Part shown: in pieces, positions 22,927-35,975 of the stretch
How positions within the stretch are numbered: position 1 is the stretch's first letter
Layout: the number at the start of each line of letters is the position of its first letter
Source of the DNA: Pseudovirgaria hyperparasitica
Taxonomy: Eukaryota
Length of the DNA stretch: 64,000 nucleotides
Direction: 5' to 3' (one strand)
NCBI GenBank assembly: GCA_010093815.1
Contig: ML996567.1
Translations under genes and position numbers: made by a program
Notes under the pieces: generated by a model
What the model was told of the DNA's origin: nothing
The model's database searches: none
What the model saw: only the letters and a program-made list of their open reading frames with translations

Positions 22927-23412
22927 GGTCTGCAATCCATTATACTACTCTGTTATCGTCGGCTGACTGCGTGCCAAGGCCAAAGACAACAGTCACAACA
23001 ACACGCATCGTCAAGCTCTGACAAAGAAGGCTGGCTGCAGTGAAGAAACTCTGTTCTGACCTACGAGCGAAACAACCCTTCACCACCGTTCTGCCGCTCT
23101 AACCGTCCCCCTCGCCCTGAATGGCTGGACGGTAAGTGCTCACTTCACTATCGTGATTGGCCTCACCGTCAACAATGGCCATCACGTGCTCTCATTTCGC
23201 CCACTGCCTTTGGCTTAATTTCGTCCGCCTTCTCCTTGTCACCTTCACTCCTCCATCCTTCAACCCCTTCACACTCGTTCCCCCTTTCCACTCCTGTCCT
23301 TTTGTATGCTTTAGAGGGCTTCGCTGTAAAGTACCTCAAGCTCACCAAAACCCGTTTTTCCCTGGGAATCGCGTCACCTTTCGTTCGATACCACCTCAAT
23401 TGTTCCGTAACG

Positions 23413-24675
23413 ATGTGCCGACGCGTCGTTCATCGATATGCTCACTGTGGCCACACTGTAACTTCGCCCTTGCTACACTGTGGCAACCCACAGTGCGAAC
23501 AGCGTCACGAAGATCAGCTTGGCGAACCTGGCTATGCTTGCTCGAAATGCGAAAGATCCTCAGTTGGTAACAACTCGACTTCTGTGAGCACATCAAGCCG
23601 ATACTCTCATACGCGTCGTATGAGCCTCGACCCGGCTGTTAGAGCAGATCTTCGCTCTAACCTCGCATTGCTGGGATCAACGCACAGCAATATCAGCACT
23701 GATACTCCCACATCTGCCCACTCAGCACACTTTGCCCAACATGGCTCAAGCAACCAACTTTTGATCAACCCCATGCCCACCGTGCGTCATACACACCAGC
23801 AAGATACGCCGCTGCACCTTCGACGCAGCTCCCAGATCCAGGGAGGCGTACAAATCAATGCACACGTTCGAATGAACAGTGCTATTTTTGATGGTGGAGA
23901 TCACGCCCGCAATGCGCCTGTTTCCTTCCCGCCTCCCGCCCCAAATGTCAGAAGGCAAGAGGAGATACGGACGCCTGTCATAACTTCAGCGGTACCAGCT
24001 GATCAAGGTCCTCCGTCAGCCCCCACTACTCCACGTCGTCGCCGTGACTCTATCCGTCAGGCTCAGTGGATTGGGAGTCCCAGCACCGAGACCCCACCAC
24101 CAATGCCCGCTGTCAACGTGCCATTTACCCATCCCGGATCTCCTCATCACCGTCGCCAGGGACCCTCAGTCAGTGGAGTACAGCAACATCAGAGCCTTGC
24201 GCGCAGACCCTCCAACAGCGGTGATCGACCTCAGACCACGTCAACAAACCGCCGTAACAGTGTTAACAATCCGTTCGGCACTCAGCGCCATCGAGTCAAT
24301 CAGGCACAGCCAGGCAATTCACAGCGTCAGCACCTCGGACACCGTCAACAAGCCAATCCGTCTCAAAGAGGCTCACAGGCTCAGCGAGCACTCCAGCACG
24401 GACCACAGCGTCAACACCTTGGACAGCGTCAGCAGAATATTTCGTCTCATGAAGGTCCACAGGCTCAGCGTGCAAACCAGCATGGACCACAGCGTCAACA
24501 GACCTATCCATCTCAAGCAGGTCCACAGGCCCAGCAAGGAATCCAGGACCGCTCTCAGCACCCTCAACGCAGTGGCATTAGTGTTGACAACAACAGCAGC
24601 GTGGATCTTGGATGGCCTGAGAACCCTCAGTTTGGCCACGAGAGAAGTTTCTACCATGGCAGTAACATTTGGTGA
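23413..24675 (+). CDS. Orphan protein with an N-terminal Cys/His cluster and Q-rich C-terminal repeats
   Basis: Likely start MCRRVVHRYAHCGH..HC...C....CSKC, followed by a disordered S/P/Q-rich region and QRQ/GPQ repeats. Confidence 0.65.
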   Translation: MCRRVVHRYAHCGHTVTSPLLHCGNPQCEQRHEDQLGEPGYACSKCERSSVGNNSTSVSTSSRYSHTRRMSLDPAVRADLRSNLALLGSTHSNISTDTPTSAHSAHFAQHGSSNQLLINPMPTVRHTHQQDTPLHLRRSSQIQGGVQINAHVRMNSAIFDGGDHARNAPVSFPPPAPNVRRQEEIRTPVITSAVPADQGPPSAPTTPRRRRDSIRQAQWIGSPSTETPPPMPAVNVPFTHPGSPHHRRQGPSVSGVQQHQSLARRPSNSGDRPQTTSTNRRNSVNNPFGTQRHRVNQAQPGNSQRQHLGHRQQANPSQRGSQAQRALQHGPQRQHLGQRQQNISSHEGPQAQRANQHGPQRQQTYPSQAGPQAQQGIQDRSQHPQRSGISVDNNSSVDLGWPENPQFGHERSFYHGSNIW

Positions 24676-25825
24676 TCTTACTGCATGAGTATCCATGACC
24701 AAGCCGGTGTCACTCAAACGTGTGCAGGCGCTCGGCCAGATCGACCGTACCTTCTAGCTACCGTGGAGGTGCCACGTACAATTGTTTCTTATTTCCTACC
24801 TACTCGATGTCTTCACATCTCACTTCGCTCGAGTCGTTGAAAGGCCTTACTGGCGTATCTGCACTCTCGTCCTGTCTCTACCGTCAAAAGTCAATTTATT
24901 TTTGCAAAGTCGACTACGTTCTTCTCTGAGTTCACTATATGAGCTACTTGGCTACTTGTCCTCCACGCTTTGGATCGGCAACCTCTGGACCACATTCATC
25001 ACATCACTTGTCATATCTTGGGTCTGGAGGTTGGCAAGTCATGCTCGTTGTTTTGTTTTCTTCTCTACTATCGTTTGACTAACTTCCATTGTATTAATTT
25101 GCCTGGTCATCACTCGTTCATCAACGAATTTACTTACACATCCTCTCCTTTGTCACCTGACGAACCTATCTGTTCGCCTTTACAATTGTACCATTATCCA
25201 TCTCTGTAACAGCGTCGGCGTACTTGGCGCTTTGGTCACAGCAGTCTCCCTTGGAATCTCTGACACTACGTTCGGATTGATCCCTTTGGCGGATTGCATA
25301 GGCGCGCTGTTTGTATTGATCTCATTCTTGTTTTGACATCCACACTCGTTTGGTCTCTTGTTCAACCCGAAAGTTTGCCTGCTAGGTATCTACGCTGTAC
25401 GAATAATGTAGGCACAGCGATCTCGGCGGTTGAAAATGAATATCGCAATTCAAAAAGGGGTTGGGAAATGTATATTCCTGGGTCATTATCTAGGTTTGAA
25501 AAGGTTAATAGAAAAGCTTATGAGCACCAAAAACCTGTGTGTATGCTGCATGGTATTTGTGACTGTGTCTTCCTTTAGACTCTACTTTGATTGACCATTG
25601 AATTGTTCATCTCAGGCCTTTTCCAAAGTCGAGACCTCTGTGCTAGACTAGACCCATTACATTACGCGCTCGCTAAAACGACTGAGCAACACGACAAATG
25701 AAGTGCCCGTCTGTAGTATAGAGCTAAAGCAGAGAATCCTCAGTATCAAAAGTGCTCCGCGCCATCCTATGCTTCATATCATCGTCATTTTTTCTTCATT
25801 ACTAGAATGCACATAGCACGTCATC

Positions 25826-27457
25826 TCAAACCCTCTCCTGACCCCCAACCTTCTTATACTCCTTCCGCACCTTATCCCAATCCACAATCCTCCGCTTCCG
25901 ATGACTCCGCGCAATGCGCCACCGCACATACAACATCACCGCATCACGTACACTCACAAACAAGCACCCACCAACCAGACTCCGGCCCCATCTCGTCTGC
26001 AATACGCCCGTGGGACGCCCTGATGTCGGTGCGGAGATGAGTGCTTTGGGGAGCGAGCAGCGGAGCAGTTCGCCTACGACTGCAGCGACGGAGGGGAAGA
26101 GCAAGGCGCCGAAGATCGTGTCTGCGAGGCGGGTTATGCTGAGGTATTCGTGCGGACGTTGGGCGCGGGGTGCGCGCGGGACGTTGGGAGCTGGTGCTGC
26201 GTCGTCGTCTTGCTGTGCGTCGGCGGCGTCGAGGGGTGGTGCGTTGAGCGGATGGGCTTCTTCGAGGGCGTGTTCTTCGGCGATGTGGTCGTGGTCGTGG
26301 TCGTGGCCATGGTCATGGTCATGGTCATGGTCATGGTCATGGTCATGGCCGTCTTCGACAATGATATCGAGGCCGATCTCGAGGACGTCGCCGTCGCCGT
26401 CGGCCGCGTGAAATATGCCGTCATCGTCGCCGTGCACCCCGTCTTGCGCATTCTCGTCCTGGCGTGATTGTGGTTGGACCTCACGGAGCCAGCGGCGCTC
26501 GTGCGCGCGCCAGACTTTCTCGTAGTAGAAGTTGTACATGCCACGCATGTAGGGTAGGAGAGCGAAGGATAGTGCGGCACTAGGAGGCCAGGTGAGGGGT
26601 GACTTGGACAAATCGATATTTATGTGACGTCCGGAGCTTGCGAAGAAGAGGAAGGGAACGATTGGGAGGAGACCATCGGCGAGGGACATGCGGGAGGCTA
26701 CGAGGAGGCCGGGGATGAGGGTGACACCGGTGTGGAGAGGTAAGGTTCGATAGAAGTTCTTGAAGAAAGAGAGCAGGAGAGATTGTTGGGAGTCTGTACC
26801 TTGGCCGAAGTGGTAGAGAGGCTCGAGGATTGCGCGGCCTTCAGTGTAGCCGAATATAAGGTATATCGTTGAGATGCCGTGCATGTGGCATAGCTGGTAT
26901 CCCGAGTACCCTATTACGCCGGCAATGCCAGGGAGTATGAGTGACCCAGTAAGCTTTTCGACGACCCGGACGACATCGACAATGTAGTCTCTTGGCCGTG
27001 ATATCTCTATCTTCGATTTGCACTGGGGACACAAAATTTCCTTGCGTTCTCCGGATCTTCTGCGAGTCTTTGGGGCTTCCATGTCAGCTATCCACTCCAA
27101 CAGGCAGGCTTCGTGCGCGGTGAGGGCGCATTTGCATGGACTGCGCCATTCAGAGCTGTCAGGTGTATCTTCGGTCTCATCTTGGAAACATATCCAGCAC
27201 TTGCGAACGTCGTCATCGTCTGCGAATGTTGAGGGTTTCGTGGGCTCGGTATTGGTTTGGGAGGGTTCAATCTGCTCGTCGGATTGCTTTTGTGTTGGAC
27301 TAGATGGTCTTCTGTTCAGCAAAAGGGTTTGCGAATCCTCTGATGTAGTCGAAAAGGCTTCGCTGTCGCCGCGTGCCACTTGCGCGGAAGGTTGGCACTG
27401 GGGTTCGCGAGGAGAGGAACGGCGTTGGGATGTAGCTCGTGGAGGTACAGAAGCCAT
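25826..27457 (-). CDS. RING-CH (MARCH-type) transmembrane E3 ubiquitin ligase
   Basis: CWIC...WRSPCKCALTAHEACLLEWI...CPQC RINGv motif, several hydrophobic helices and a His-Asp repeat. Confidence 0.9.
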   Translation of the reverse strand: MASVPPRATSQRRSSPREPQCQPSAQVARGDSEAFSTTSEDSQTLLLNRRPSSPTQKQSDEQIEPSQTNTEPTKPSTFADDDDVRKCWICFQDETEDTPDSSEWRSPCKCALTAHEACLLEWIADMEAPKTRRRSGERKEILCPQCKSKIEISRPRDYIVDVVRVVEKLTGSLILPGIAGVIGYSGYQLCHMHGISTIYLIFGYTEGRAILEPLYHFGQGTDSQQSLLLSFFKNFYRTLPLHTGVTLIPGLLVASRMSLADGLLPIVPFLFFASSGRHINIDLSKSPLTWPPSAALSFALLPYMRGMYNFYYEKVWRAHERRWLREVQPQSRQDENAQDGVHGDDDGIFHAADGDGDVLEIGLDIIVEDGHDHDHDHDHDHDHGHDHDHDHIAEEHALEEAHPLNAPPLDAADAQQDDDAAPAPNVPRAPRAQRPHEYLSITRLADTIFGALLFPSVAAVVGELLRCSLPKALISAPTSGRPTGVLQTRWGRSLVGGCLFVSVRDAVMLYVRWRIARSHRKRRIVDWDKVRKEYKKVGGQERV

Positions 27458-27944
27458 GTTCGGAAACTTTGATCGCTGATGGTTTCAAGAGGGTTGCATA
27501 GGCGCAAGACCGTAGGATATTAGGTGCAAAGAAATGTAAGAAGAGGTCATACGAATAGGTTTGACGTAACGAAGAATGATCTGGATGGATGCCGCTGAGC
27601 TCGAGCCACACCTCGGCTCGCGACACGACTTTCAGCTTGACGGCCAGTCTAGCCTACACTTACTTACAAGACCAGGTTGCCCATCACGCACAACTGTCTT
27701 GACGTTAAGAAAACAGATTTCGATTTGCCGAAGAGGCGTTCCTGATGGTCTGAAACCCAACGTAATCAAAGTGAGCAAAATCGACCACAAGCCCAAGTCT
27801 GCCACATGGTAGAATTTGCCATGTCATGAGGTCGATGAGAACTTCGCAAAGTTTCGCGCGCACCTTAAGATGAAACGCAGCAGTGTCTTTGCGTGCTATA
27901 ATATATGCTCCTGATCTACCTATAGCTAACAAGTAAAGGTATTA

Positions 27945-30158
27945 ATGGGCGACGTCAGGCGATCAAGCAGATCGCATAAACCCAATGCGCGATACACGCA
28001 AGACCCGCTTGAGGGTGTCGACTTTGATGATGAGCCTGAAGATGGTAGACAGTTTGAGCCTTTACCACTAAAGCATAAGTCAGGGCATGACTTTGATGCT
28101 AATGATGCGCAAGACAACGATGACGAAGACGAATATGTAGCTGAACGTAGAGACTCTGGGAAAAGCCGTTCGTACAACCACGACGATGACTCCGTGGATG
28201 AAGACGGGGACACCAATTCAGGGGCGGAAGAGGTCGACCTGACTCGAGTCCGCGCACCAAAGGAGATCACTCTCAACGATGGACGCAAGAGGCCGCTCAA
28301 GGAAGACGGAAAACGGTCAAGACTGCTATTCGAATTTCACAAAGGTAGCCATGAGAGACGGTTACACAGCTTCTATGGGAGGGATGAGGGCGATTATAAG
28401 CCTGCCTCTGCAACACGGAATATTTCATACCCGTACCCAACATTGCCAGCTCGACGATTGATTCAAGATCTCAGTTCAGGCGGCCCAGCGGGAGGCATGG
28501 CGTACAGTCTCTTCCATCCGGACGAGGCACGAAAGCTGGAGGGAACGACGGGATGGAATTGGTACTATGAGCATGGCGGACGAAGTGCTTTTCAAGAAAG
28601 ACAGTATATGAAGTCTATCACCGTAGACGAAGCGCTACCCTATGTAGCACAGCCAGCACACAAAAGCATCAATCTGCTTCTGGGGCCATTTCGGGAGCCT
28701 CAGCTGTATAATTTGAGAGTTGGCAAGAGCATGCGATTAAAAGATTCTTGGCCTCTTCCGAAAGTCCCTGACCCAACATACAAGAATGGCTGGCTTCTCA
28801 ACGTTGGGCGGAGGATACAGGGTATAGAATGGATTCCGAATCGCAATTCAGGAACACAGTACCTTTGCATCTCGATGCTCCGACAACAAATTGCCAGACC
28901 TCCGCCTGGTGTGAACACCACTAGTGCTTTCAGACCAGGCGAATCGCACAAGGACACCTTTGAGCTATGGGCTTTTGATATTCCACCTACCAATGGCCCT
29001 AACACGCCTGTACTAAGGCCAGAGCCTCGCCTAGCTATGACTATATGCACAGACTGGGGATATCTGAAGGAATTCAAATGGTGTCCATGCCTGAAGCATA
29101 AGAGTCGAAAATCTCAAGACGACCCCAAAACTACAAAATTTGGCCTCCTAGCCGGGATATGGAGCGATGGCGCTTTACGTGTGCTTGATTTAAGCTCTTG
29201 TGTGGAAGCCGCAGAGCCGCAGTACCTGCATATATCTAGAGCAGCATTCGAGGTCCGCATACCTGGGAGCGTGTGTACATCTCTCACCTGGCTCTCTAGC
29301 AATGTCATCGCTGCAAGTGGTGCAGACGGTACTGTCTCTATCTGGGACATCAGCCAGGTCTTGCGCTGTGAAGCTCCGCAAACGCCAAAGCCATTCTTCT
29401 ACGAACTCATTCACGACACGTACATACTATCCATCTCGAGTGCTTATCCATCCCATCCGCACCTCGTGACAACAACCTCGATGGATGGTTTCTTCTACCT
29501 GTTTGATATTCGGTCGCCGAAAATAGATAAATCTTGGCCACCGCGGAGTCGCATTGGACCTCCCACAACAGTCTGGTCAGACCACTGCCAAGGTTGGCTA
29601 TCACCAGACGACCACTGTCTTGTGAAATTATTCTCCATGCGGCGCGTCTTCTCATACGTCGCTGTTGGGAGAGGAGATGGAATAGTTGGCTGCTTGGCTA
29701 CAAGTCCGGTACATTTGAGCGCTTTGATGGGTACCCACAGTGGGCATGTTCATGTTACAAATCCAGAGAGGAAAATATTCGACTCGAGGACTTTGGCTTG
29801 GCAGCAGACATGGTTTCTGCATGAGTGGAAGTCAGCTCAGTGCAATGAGGACGAGTCAGACGCGACAATGGCCGATGACGATGATTTTGCAAACGGTCCA
29901 TTACATCATAAGCCAGATTCGAAAGAAGTTCGATCAAAGCCTCTAGTACGTATCACGGAGGGATATAATCCTGTGGAGGTTCAGATGAACGGAGTGGAAG
30001 CGACAGCAGATGGAGATGATTTCGATGCATCATTCACTATACATGAGGAGCAGACAGCGATCACTAGTACATCATGGAACCCAAATCTTAATTATGGAGG
30101 ATGGGCAGCGGCGGGAATGGGATCAGGGTTAGTACGAGTGGAAGATATCTCCATATAA
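27945..30158 (+). CDS. TFC6: TFIIIC subunit Tfc6/Sfc6-like WD40 protein
   Basis: Acidic N-terminus; WD-like blades (GWLLNVG, KWCP, GLLAGIWSDG, TSLTW, TTSMDG); C-terminal WNPNLNYGGWAAAGMGSGLVRVEDI. Confidence 0.8.
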   Translation: MGDVRRSSRSHKPNARYTQDPLEGVDFDDEPEDGRQFEPLPLKHKSGHDFDANDAQDNDDEDEYVAERRDSGKSRSYNHDDDSVDEDGDTNSGAEEVDLTRVRAPKEITLNDGRKRPLKEDGKRSRLLFEFHKGSHERRLHSFYGRDEGDYKPASATRNISYPYPTLPARRLIQDLSSGGPAGGMAYSLFHPDEARKLEGTTGWNWYYEHGGRSAFQERQYMKSITVDEALPYVAQPAHKSINLLLGPFREPQLYNLRVGKSMRLKDSWPLPKVPDPTYKNGWLLNVGRRIQGIEWIPNRNSGTQYLCISMLRQQIARPPPGVNTTSAFRPGESHKDTFELWAFDIPPTNGPNTPVLRPEPRLAMTICTDWGYLKEFKWCPCLKHKSRKSQDDPKTTKFGLLAGIWSDGALRVLDLSSCVEAAEPQYLHISRAAFEVRIPGSVCTSLTWLSSNVIAASGADGTVSIWDISQVLRCEAPQTPKPFFYELIHDTYILSISSAYPSHPHLVTTTSMDGFFYLFDIRSPKIDKSWPPRSRIGPPTTVWSDHCQGWLSPDDHCLVKLFSMRRVFSYVAVGRGDGIVGCLATSPVHLSALMGTHSGHVHVTNPERKIFDSRTLAWQQTWFLHEWKSAQCNEDESDATMADDDDFANGPLHHKPDSKEVRSKPLVRITEGYNPVEVQMNGVEATADGDDFDASFTIHEEQTAITSTSWNPNLNYGGWAAAGMGSGLVRVEDISI

Positions 30159-31824
30159 AGCAAAGAGAGAAGGAAGATGAGCGTCCGGAAGAATCCGTAT
30201 GTGGGACCCGAGCAAACGGGATCGGTCCGAACTAAATTAGTGAGGCAGATGAAGCAATCAAACAAACGCCATTGCTCGTGGATTCACAGTATCATGTACA
30301 CAGTCGAATGAAATATGATGAGGCAGCAGAAGCTGAATCAGAGCTAGTGGTGCTCCAAAGCGTCATGGTGAAGTTGATCTCTCAAACCCACTTTGGATAC
30401 AGGGCAAGGATCGGATAAGAAGCCACAAAAGCATTTTCCAAACAGCAAATCGAGGTCTCGAACGAATAAATGGAGCAGAAACGTAGTCAAACCGTCAAGT
30501 AGGAAAAAACAAAGCTAAGCCGGCAGTTCTTTCAATCATCCGTAGCATATCCTGTTCCACGCTGAAACGACGGGTGTGGGACAGGTTGTCTGAATGAGCA
30601 TAGTACAGAATGTCAGGCAAGGATTCGTCTCTCCAAGGCCGGGGCCAGATGATGAAGGCGAACTAGAGCAATGCAGCGATATTGGGTGATGAGTGACTAC
30701 CTTGTAGATGCATGAAAGATTAGGCAGAGTCAAGCAGACGAACAAGATTCAGCCAGGGGAGTGATCAAGACTTCATCATCTATATCGCGATAGCAACCAA
30801 CGGATGACTCCTCACTCTGATATGAATTTGCAGTCGAGTGATGCCAACAGTGTATGCTGATCATGTCAATTTGCTCTGTACCGCGAGACGGATCTGCTCG
30901 GTAGGGGGACAGCGATAATCACTGAGTATTTAGTGTGATGTTCTGGGTACGTTATATCCATATTAAACTTGGTCAATACTAGCCTTTTTCAGTTCTAGCC
31001 GAAGCTATGTAATTGGTATAGCAGAAATAATAGTCTAGCATAGTGTATTATTATTAATTCCATTGTTATCATACACGTGAGTCGAGCCAGATAGATATGT
31101 CCTTGCTGAAGACAAAGGCTCAGGTTGAGGATCCAGTATATGTATGTATAATTGTATAGTGTAGACGGAGTACCCACTGCAGTCCGACATGAACACTACT
31201 AATTAATCGCCCAGAAACTTGGACATCCGACGTAATGACACACTTCCACCCCCTACGACATCGTCGTCAACACCACAACTATTAATGCTCGGTGGAACGA
31301 CTCGACGGAGAGGGATGCCGAGTGGGGCCGGGCGTGGACGGTTGATCGAAAGAGGCTAGTGTCTTGATGAAGCATAACTTGGCGTCCAATCAGATCCCTG
31401 CTGGACCAGAGCCGAGAGGAAAGCGCGACCAGGGACCCCCAAACACCAGGCCGGATACCCAGACTACTTACCCAGCGAGGGTGAAAAGGTGCCTGAAAGC
31501 GTAAAAAGATGCCTGAGTCAAGTCACCTTGACGCTCTCCGCACTGTTATCCTCCCCAAGAAATCCCCCCAAAGCCAGCCAGCCAAACCCGCCAAACCCGC
31601 CAACCCGTCAAACCCGCTAATAACTGCTCGTTCTCTTCCTCCGCTTTCTCCTATCGTACATACTCAATCCCTTCCTCCGACGACCCTCAATCACTGCAAG
31701 TCCATCCTTCGGATAAGATCGCTGTTCTATCGTCTTCGTGGCCAACGAACTGAACGACTGAATCTCGCCATTTCGCTGCCCTTCCGCCAGGAGACGGCCC
31801 TCGCCGGGGCCTGAGGAGGTCACA

Positions 31825-34091
31825 ATGGACCGACCCACGTCGCGCGATGACCAACCCCATTCGCCTGCCTCTACTCATACGAACGTTTTCGATGACGAAT
31901 TCGAAGCTGGAACGCCCGCTGATGATACACGTTCAATTGTTGCAGATGGCTTCAGGCCGCAGGTCACATCTGAGGAGTCGACGACCTCTACCGCGAATGA
32001 CGACGTGCCGGCTGAACACGACCAAGTATTCGCCAAACACACTTCGACACAAGACACCCCTCAACTCCCTCCGATACGAAATAGTATAGCGAAAGGGGCG
32101 ATTTCTATGGATGGTCCGCTACATCGATCGAATGATTCAGATGGGCAGTCGGCATACGCCTCTCAGGCTCTAATGCATCGTGCCTCTGTGGCATCGACAA
32201 ATTCCTTTGTCACAAACGGACGCTCCTCAACGCCAATGGCAGGTCCAAGTCACCCCTATGCCATGTATCCTCAAGGGACCGGTCCTGTTCGTTCTCCTAG
32301 CAACGCAACGTCCACAGTCACGCGACAACCTCAACGCTCATACTCTGGACAACGGCCCACGCATCCTTATACTATGTATCCACAAAACTTGTTTGAGGGC
32401 GAGGAGCCGACTAGCCATACGTATAACCAGCAACAAATACCGGTCGGCTTTCCAGGACACGGGAATGGCTACACGCGGCAGATTGGACCAGACGGAGAAG
32501 AACAAGACATCATAGGCCCGGATGGTCACACTGAACAGCTGCCTCCTTACTCCAAATATCCGGAAGATTCCCCAAAAGGCTTCGCTAGCCCTACCCCAGC
32601 TGTGACCACTACACCAGTTAGCCCTCCGGCACAACCACATCGCACTCCAAGTCCAGTAGATCCGCCACTGCCGCTTGACATTCTTGCAGCAGCAGCAACG
32701 GACAATGTATCTATGGTGGACAGATCACCTGCGGCACAAAATGCTCGCGCATCTGTACAAAGCGCGACCCATTCCGCAATGTCGTCATCACCTAGTTCGG
32801 AACAATCAGGACATAAGAAATGGACTCATAAAACCTGGACCGAGAGGAGGAAAACGAGAGTGTGCGGCCGGATACCGCTATGGCTTTTGATCTTGATGGC
32901 TGGCCTCATAATCATATTCGCCATCATTCTTGGTGCTGCTATAGGGTCAATTTTTACAAAGGCAAAGAAGGCTGAAGAAGAGGCTGATCATGCGCTGTAA
33001 GTAATCAACATTCGTGTCACACAACACGCTTGCTAACCTCTTGTAGGCAGGTCACTGTTACGGAAGTTGCTACCCTATACGACGCATCAATCATCCCAAC
33101 GCCTTCCGACATGCTACCTTTACCTACTGGCTCTTTTTCGGTACAGATGGGTCAGCCGCAGGACCGAAATCCTGGATGCTTGCCTCAGGTAGACCAGCAA
33201 TACGCATGGTCCTGTGATTTCCGTGGTCCACAAGACCTTCAGCTTGGTGTCCGAAGTAATCCCTCTGTGGCCAGCGGCCTGAGTATGGGAGAACTCATCC
33301 CACCAAACGTATCAACAGCTACCACTCCCGCCTACCAGTATGGTATGCAACCACCTAACGTAGACTGGCGGACCATGGATCTGGTCATTGATCATGATCA
33401 GCCTTCTTGGGGTCCGGCCTTTCACTTCCAAGCACAATACAATAAGCTCGTCATTCTGGAAGCGCATAGTTTCCCGGCTGGCATCCACGCTCGAAAACGT
33501 GATGATCATACGGGACGTCTGCAAGACGGTCAAGGTCTTCCTCGTCACCAAATGGAGGTTGTGCAAGGTGACAGACCCTGGTTTTGCTGGTGGAACTCGA
33601 CATTTCTGGAAGTATATCTCTACGCCAACCAGTACTCCTTTGCAGGTAACAAATCCATGAATGGAGCGTCTCAGACAATTACGCTTCCATTGAGCACACC
33701 TACACCAACTTTGCCCACGCCTGTAACTTCCCGGCAGCAGGCTAAGCGAGAGCCATATTCTGCTGCTCCGACCTCGCCGTCACCAACTTATAGACGTGAT
33801 GACTATAGAGACTCTTCCAGCCAGCCAGCGTTCCCTCGCATTGTGAAAGTAGAGGAGCGGCGCATTCCGGGCTCACCACCTCCTGTCTGCACGCAGATGG
33901 TGAAACTGGAAGACGGAACGATCGTGCCCGCGAACCAAGACTATGAACCTATCATTGTCAACCTTAACGAGGACGATCCTTCGATGGCAGATTTTGCAGC
34001 TTCTCATACTGGCGACATCAGCCGCAGAAGCATTCTTGGTAGTCGAGGGGATCCAGCCGACGGCTGCCATTGCCAATGGGTTGTGACATGA
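31825..34091 (+). CDS. Single-pass membrane protein with a conserved cytosolic motif and a Cys-containing ectodomain (exons 31825-32996 and 33047-34091)
   Basis: HPYAMYPQ/HPYTMYPQ, IGPDGHTEQLPPYSKYP, TM helix LWLLILMAGLIIIFAIILGAAIG, then PWFCWWNST..CHCQW; in-frame GTAAGT..TAG intron. Confidence 0.8.
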
Positions 34092-35975
34092 CACGGCCCC
34101 TTTTAAATGCAGCTCTAGAACACTTGTATCATCGACCGGCGTTTTATTTTCCTCTAGGCTGGCTTTGATAGGCTACAGCACTTCATGACTTGAGCGATAT
34201 AAGCCTGTAGCATTCACGGCGTTTCATACGACATATTCTGGGATATTTTTAGTCCCGAAAGATCCGATACTGTCCCGGACAGCGAGACATTTTCGACCCA
34301 CTCTTCTCTATGCGAGCAGGAACTATTCGGCCCTACATTCGCGCTATATCTGCGACATAATTGTCGACGTTTAGCCGACATTTCTCGGGATTCATAAATC
34401 ATCTGAGTCTCGTTGCCAAGAACTGGCTATTTCCTATGTTCTCTTGGCCGGCACCATACCTGCAGGCATCTCGCAAAATCTGCCTGATTAGGTAACAGGA
34501 GATGATAGATGATGTAAGCGTATCAACGGCACCAGATATCCTAGCTTTCTAGATTTTTTTCTTTCTTTCATACTTGGATTTATATATTTTGTGTACATCG
34601 ATTTCTGGAGTGGAGTTGAGCGGAGTGGAGTCAAGAGGCATGGAAAGTTTGAATGGTTTATAGCATTCCATTGGCGGCGACTTGGGAGCTCGTCTGATCA
34701 GCAGACATAGAGCTGCTTACGGTGAGGTGACATCATAAAAGAGATAGGTAGATGATGTATCTTCCACACGAACGGTTTTGTCCATACAAGAGGTAGAGAA
34801 AGACGGGAGACCAGAGGAGCATGCCCTCGACTAGCTAAAATTAAGCATTATTCATCATGCTCACTTAGTATCTGTGTGTGTTTTTGTAAAAGATGCCGTG
34901 CAATGTCAGTCATGCCATGAGATATTATTACATGTATAGATAGATATATGTATCTGTACACTACTACAACGCCGTTGCATGAATGGGGCGCATATACATA
35001 CTCTAATTACTCTCGATTACCTCCGCCAACGTGTATGCTCACTCTACCATCTCCACCACGACCACCACTAACATCGCTTACATCGCTCACATTGCTCACA
35101 TCGCTCATACACAACGACCACCCAGTCTCGAATCCCAATCTTACAATTCGCAATTCCTTACAAAATCCTGCTATCCAGCTTGCTCAGATGCAGAATGGTG
35201 AACAAGCGCTTCCTTATTCCGTCTCGCCGATCGTACACTTCCTCTCATTCGAAAAAGACATATCCAGTCATCCCATGCACGGCGCATCGATTGTCTGAGG
35301 GTTAATTGTGCGGATTAGGTTCGATCACCCGTGCGTTGTCCTAAGGCTGACTACCTCCCACTTGGCCTGCTAGATGGGCTATGTGGACTCTCTTGGCTCT
35401 GCCTGACGTACGTACGTGCGTTTGTACGTACACAGATACATCGTGACTTTCACTTTTTCTCTACAGATACCACACATTTGTCCGTCCATGTCGTGTGTTC
35501 GCACGCAGGTGGAGGTATGCATGTCTGTCTGTCTGTATGTGCGCATGCATTCCACGGTGGGTGCGTTATTGGCGATGTACCAGTTCGATGGATGGTCTTT
35601 GTGAACTGGAGAGGGAGGGAGGGTAATATAAAGAGTTGGCTCGGCGATGAACAGACTACGCGTATAGTGGTGGATTGACGCATTTATGAGTCCCACGTGA
35701 GACTGTGTTGGGACAGATGAATTCCGGGGGAAAGGGGAGGGGGGAGGTTTCGTTTATTTTTACATGTGGAGAGGGGGAGAGGGAGAGGATAGAGAGACTA
35801 GGCGATATGCGCGCGGCGGGCGTGTGGGCGATGGATGCGGATTGTGATGAAAATGAGGCTCAGGGGCTGGGGCGGAGTATTATTGACGGGTCGACGACGA
35901 CCAAGTTGACTGCGTATAGGTCTTGTGGCGGTTGTAACCAGACATCCGTGACGCGACTTCTGGGTTCTGCTGCCT

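Noticed and set aside
23236..23412. N-terminal extension of the Q-rich orphan
   Set aside because: Starts at a non-ATG codon in pyrimidine-rich, UTR-like sequence; the first ATG is at 23413.
35071..35109. ACATCGCTCAC-like 9-bp repeat containing GCTCA
   Set aside because: Four near-perfect 9-bp copies in ordinary intergenic DNA; the period differs from the island arrays and it looks like a simple minisatellite.
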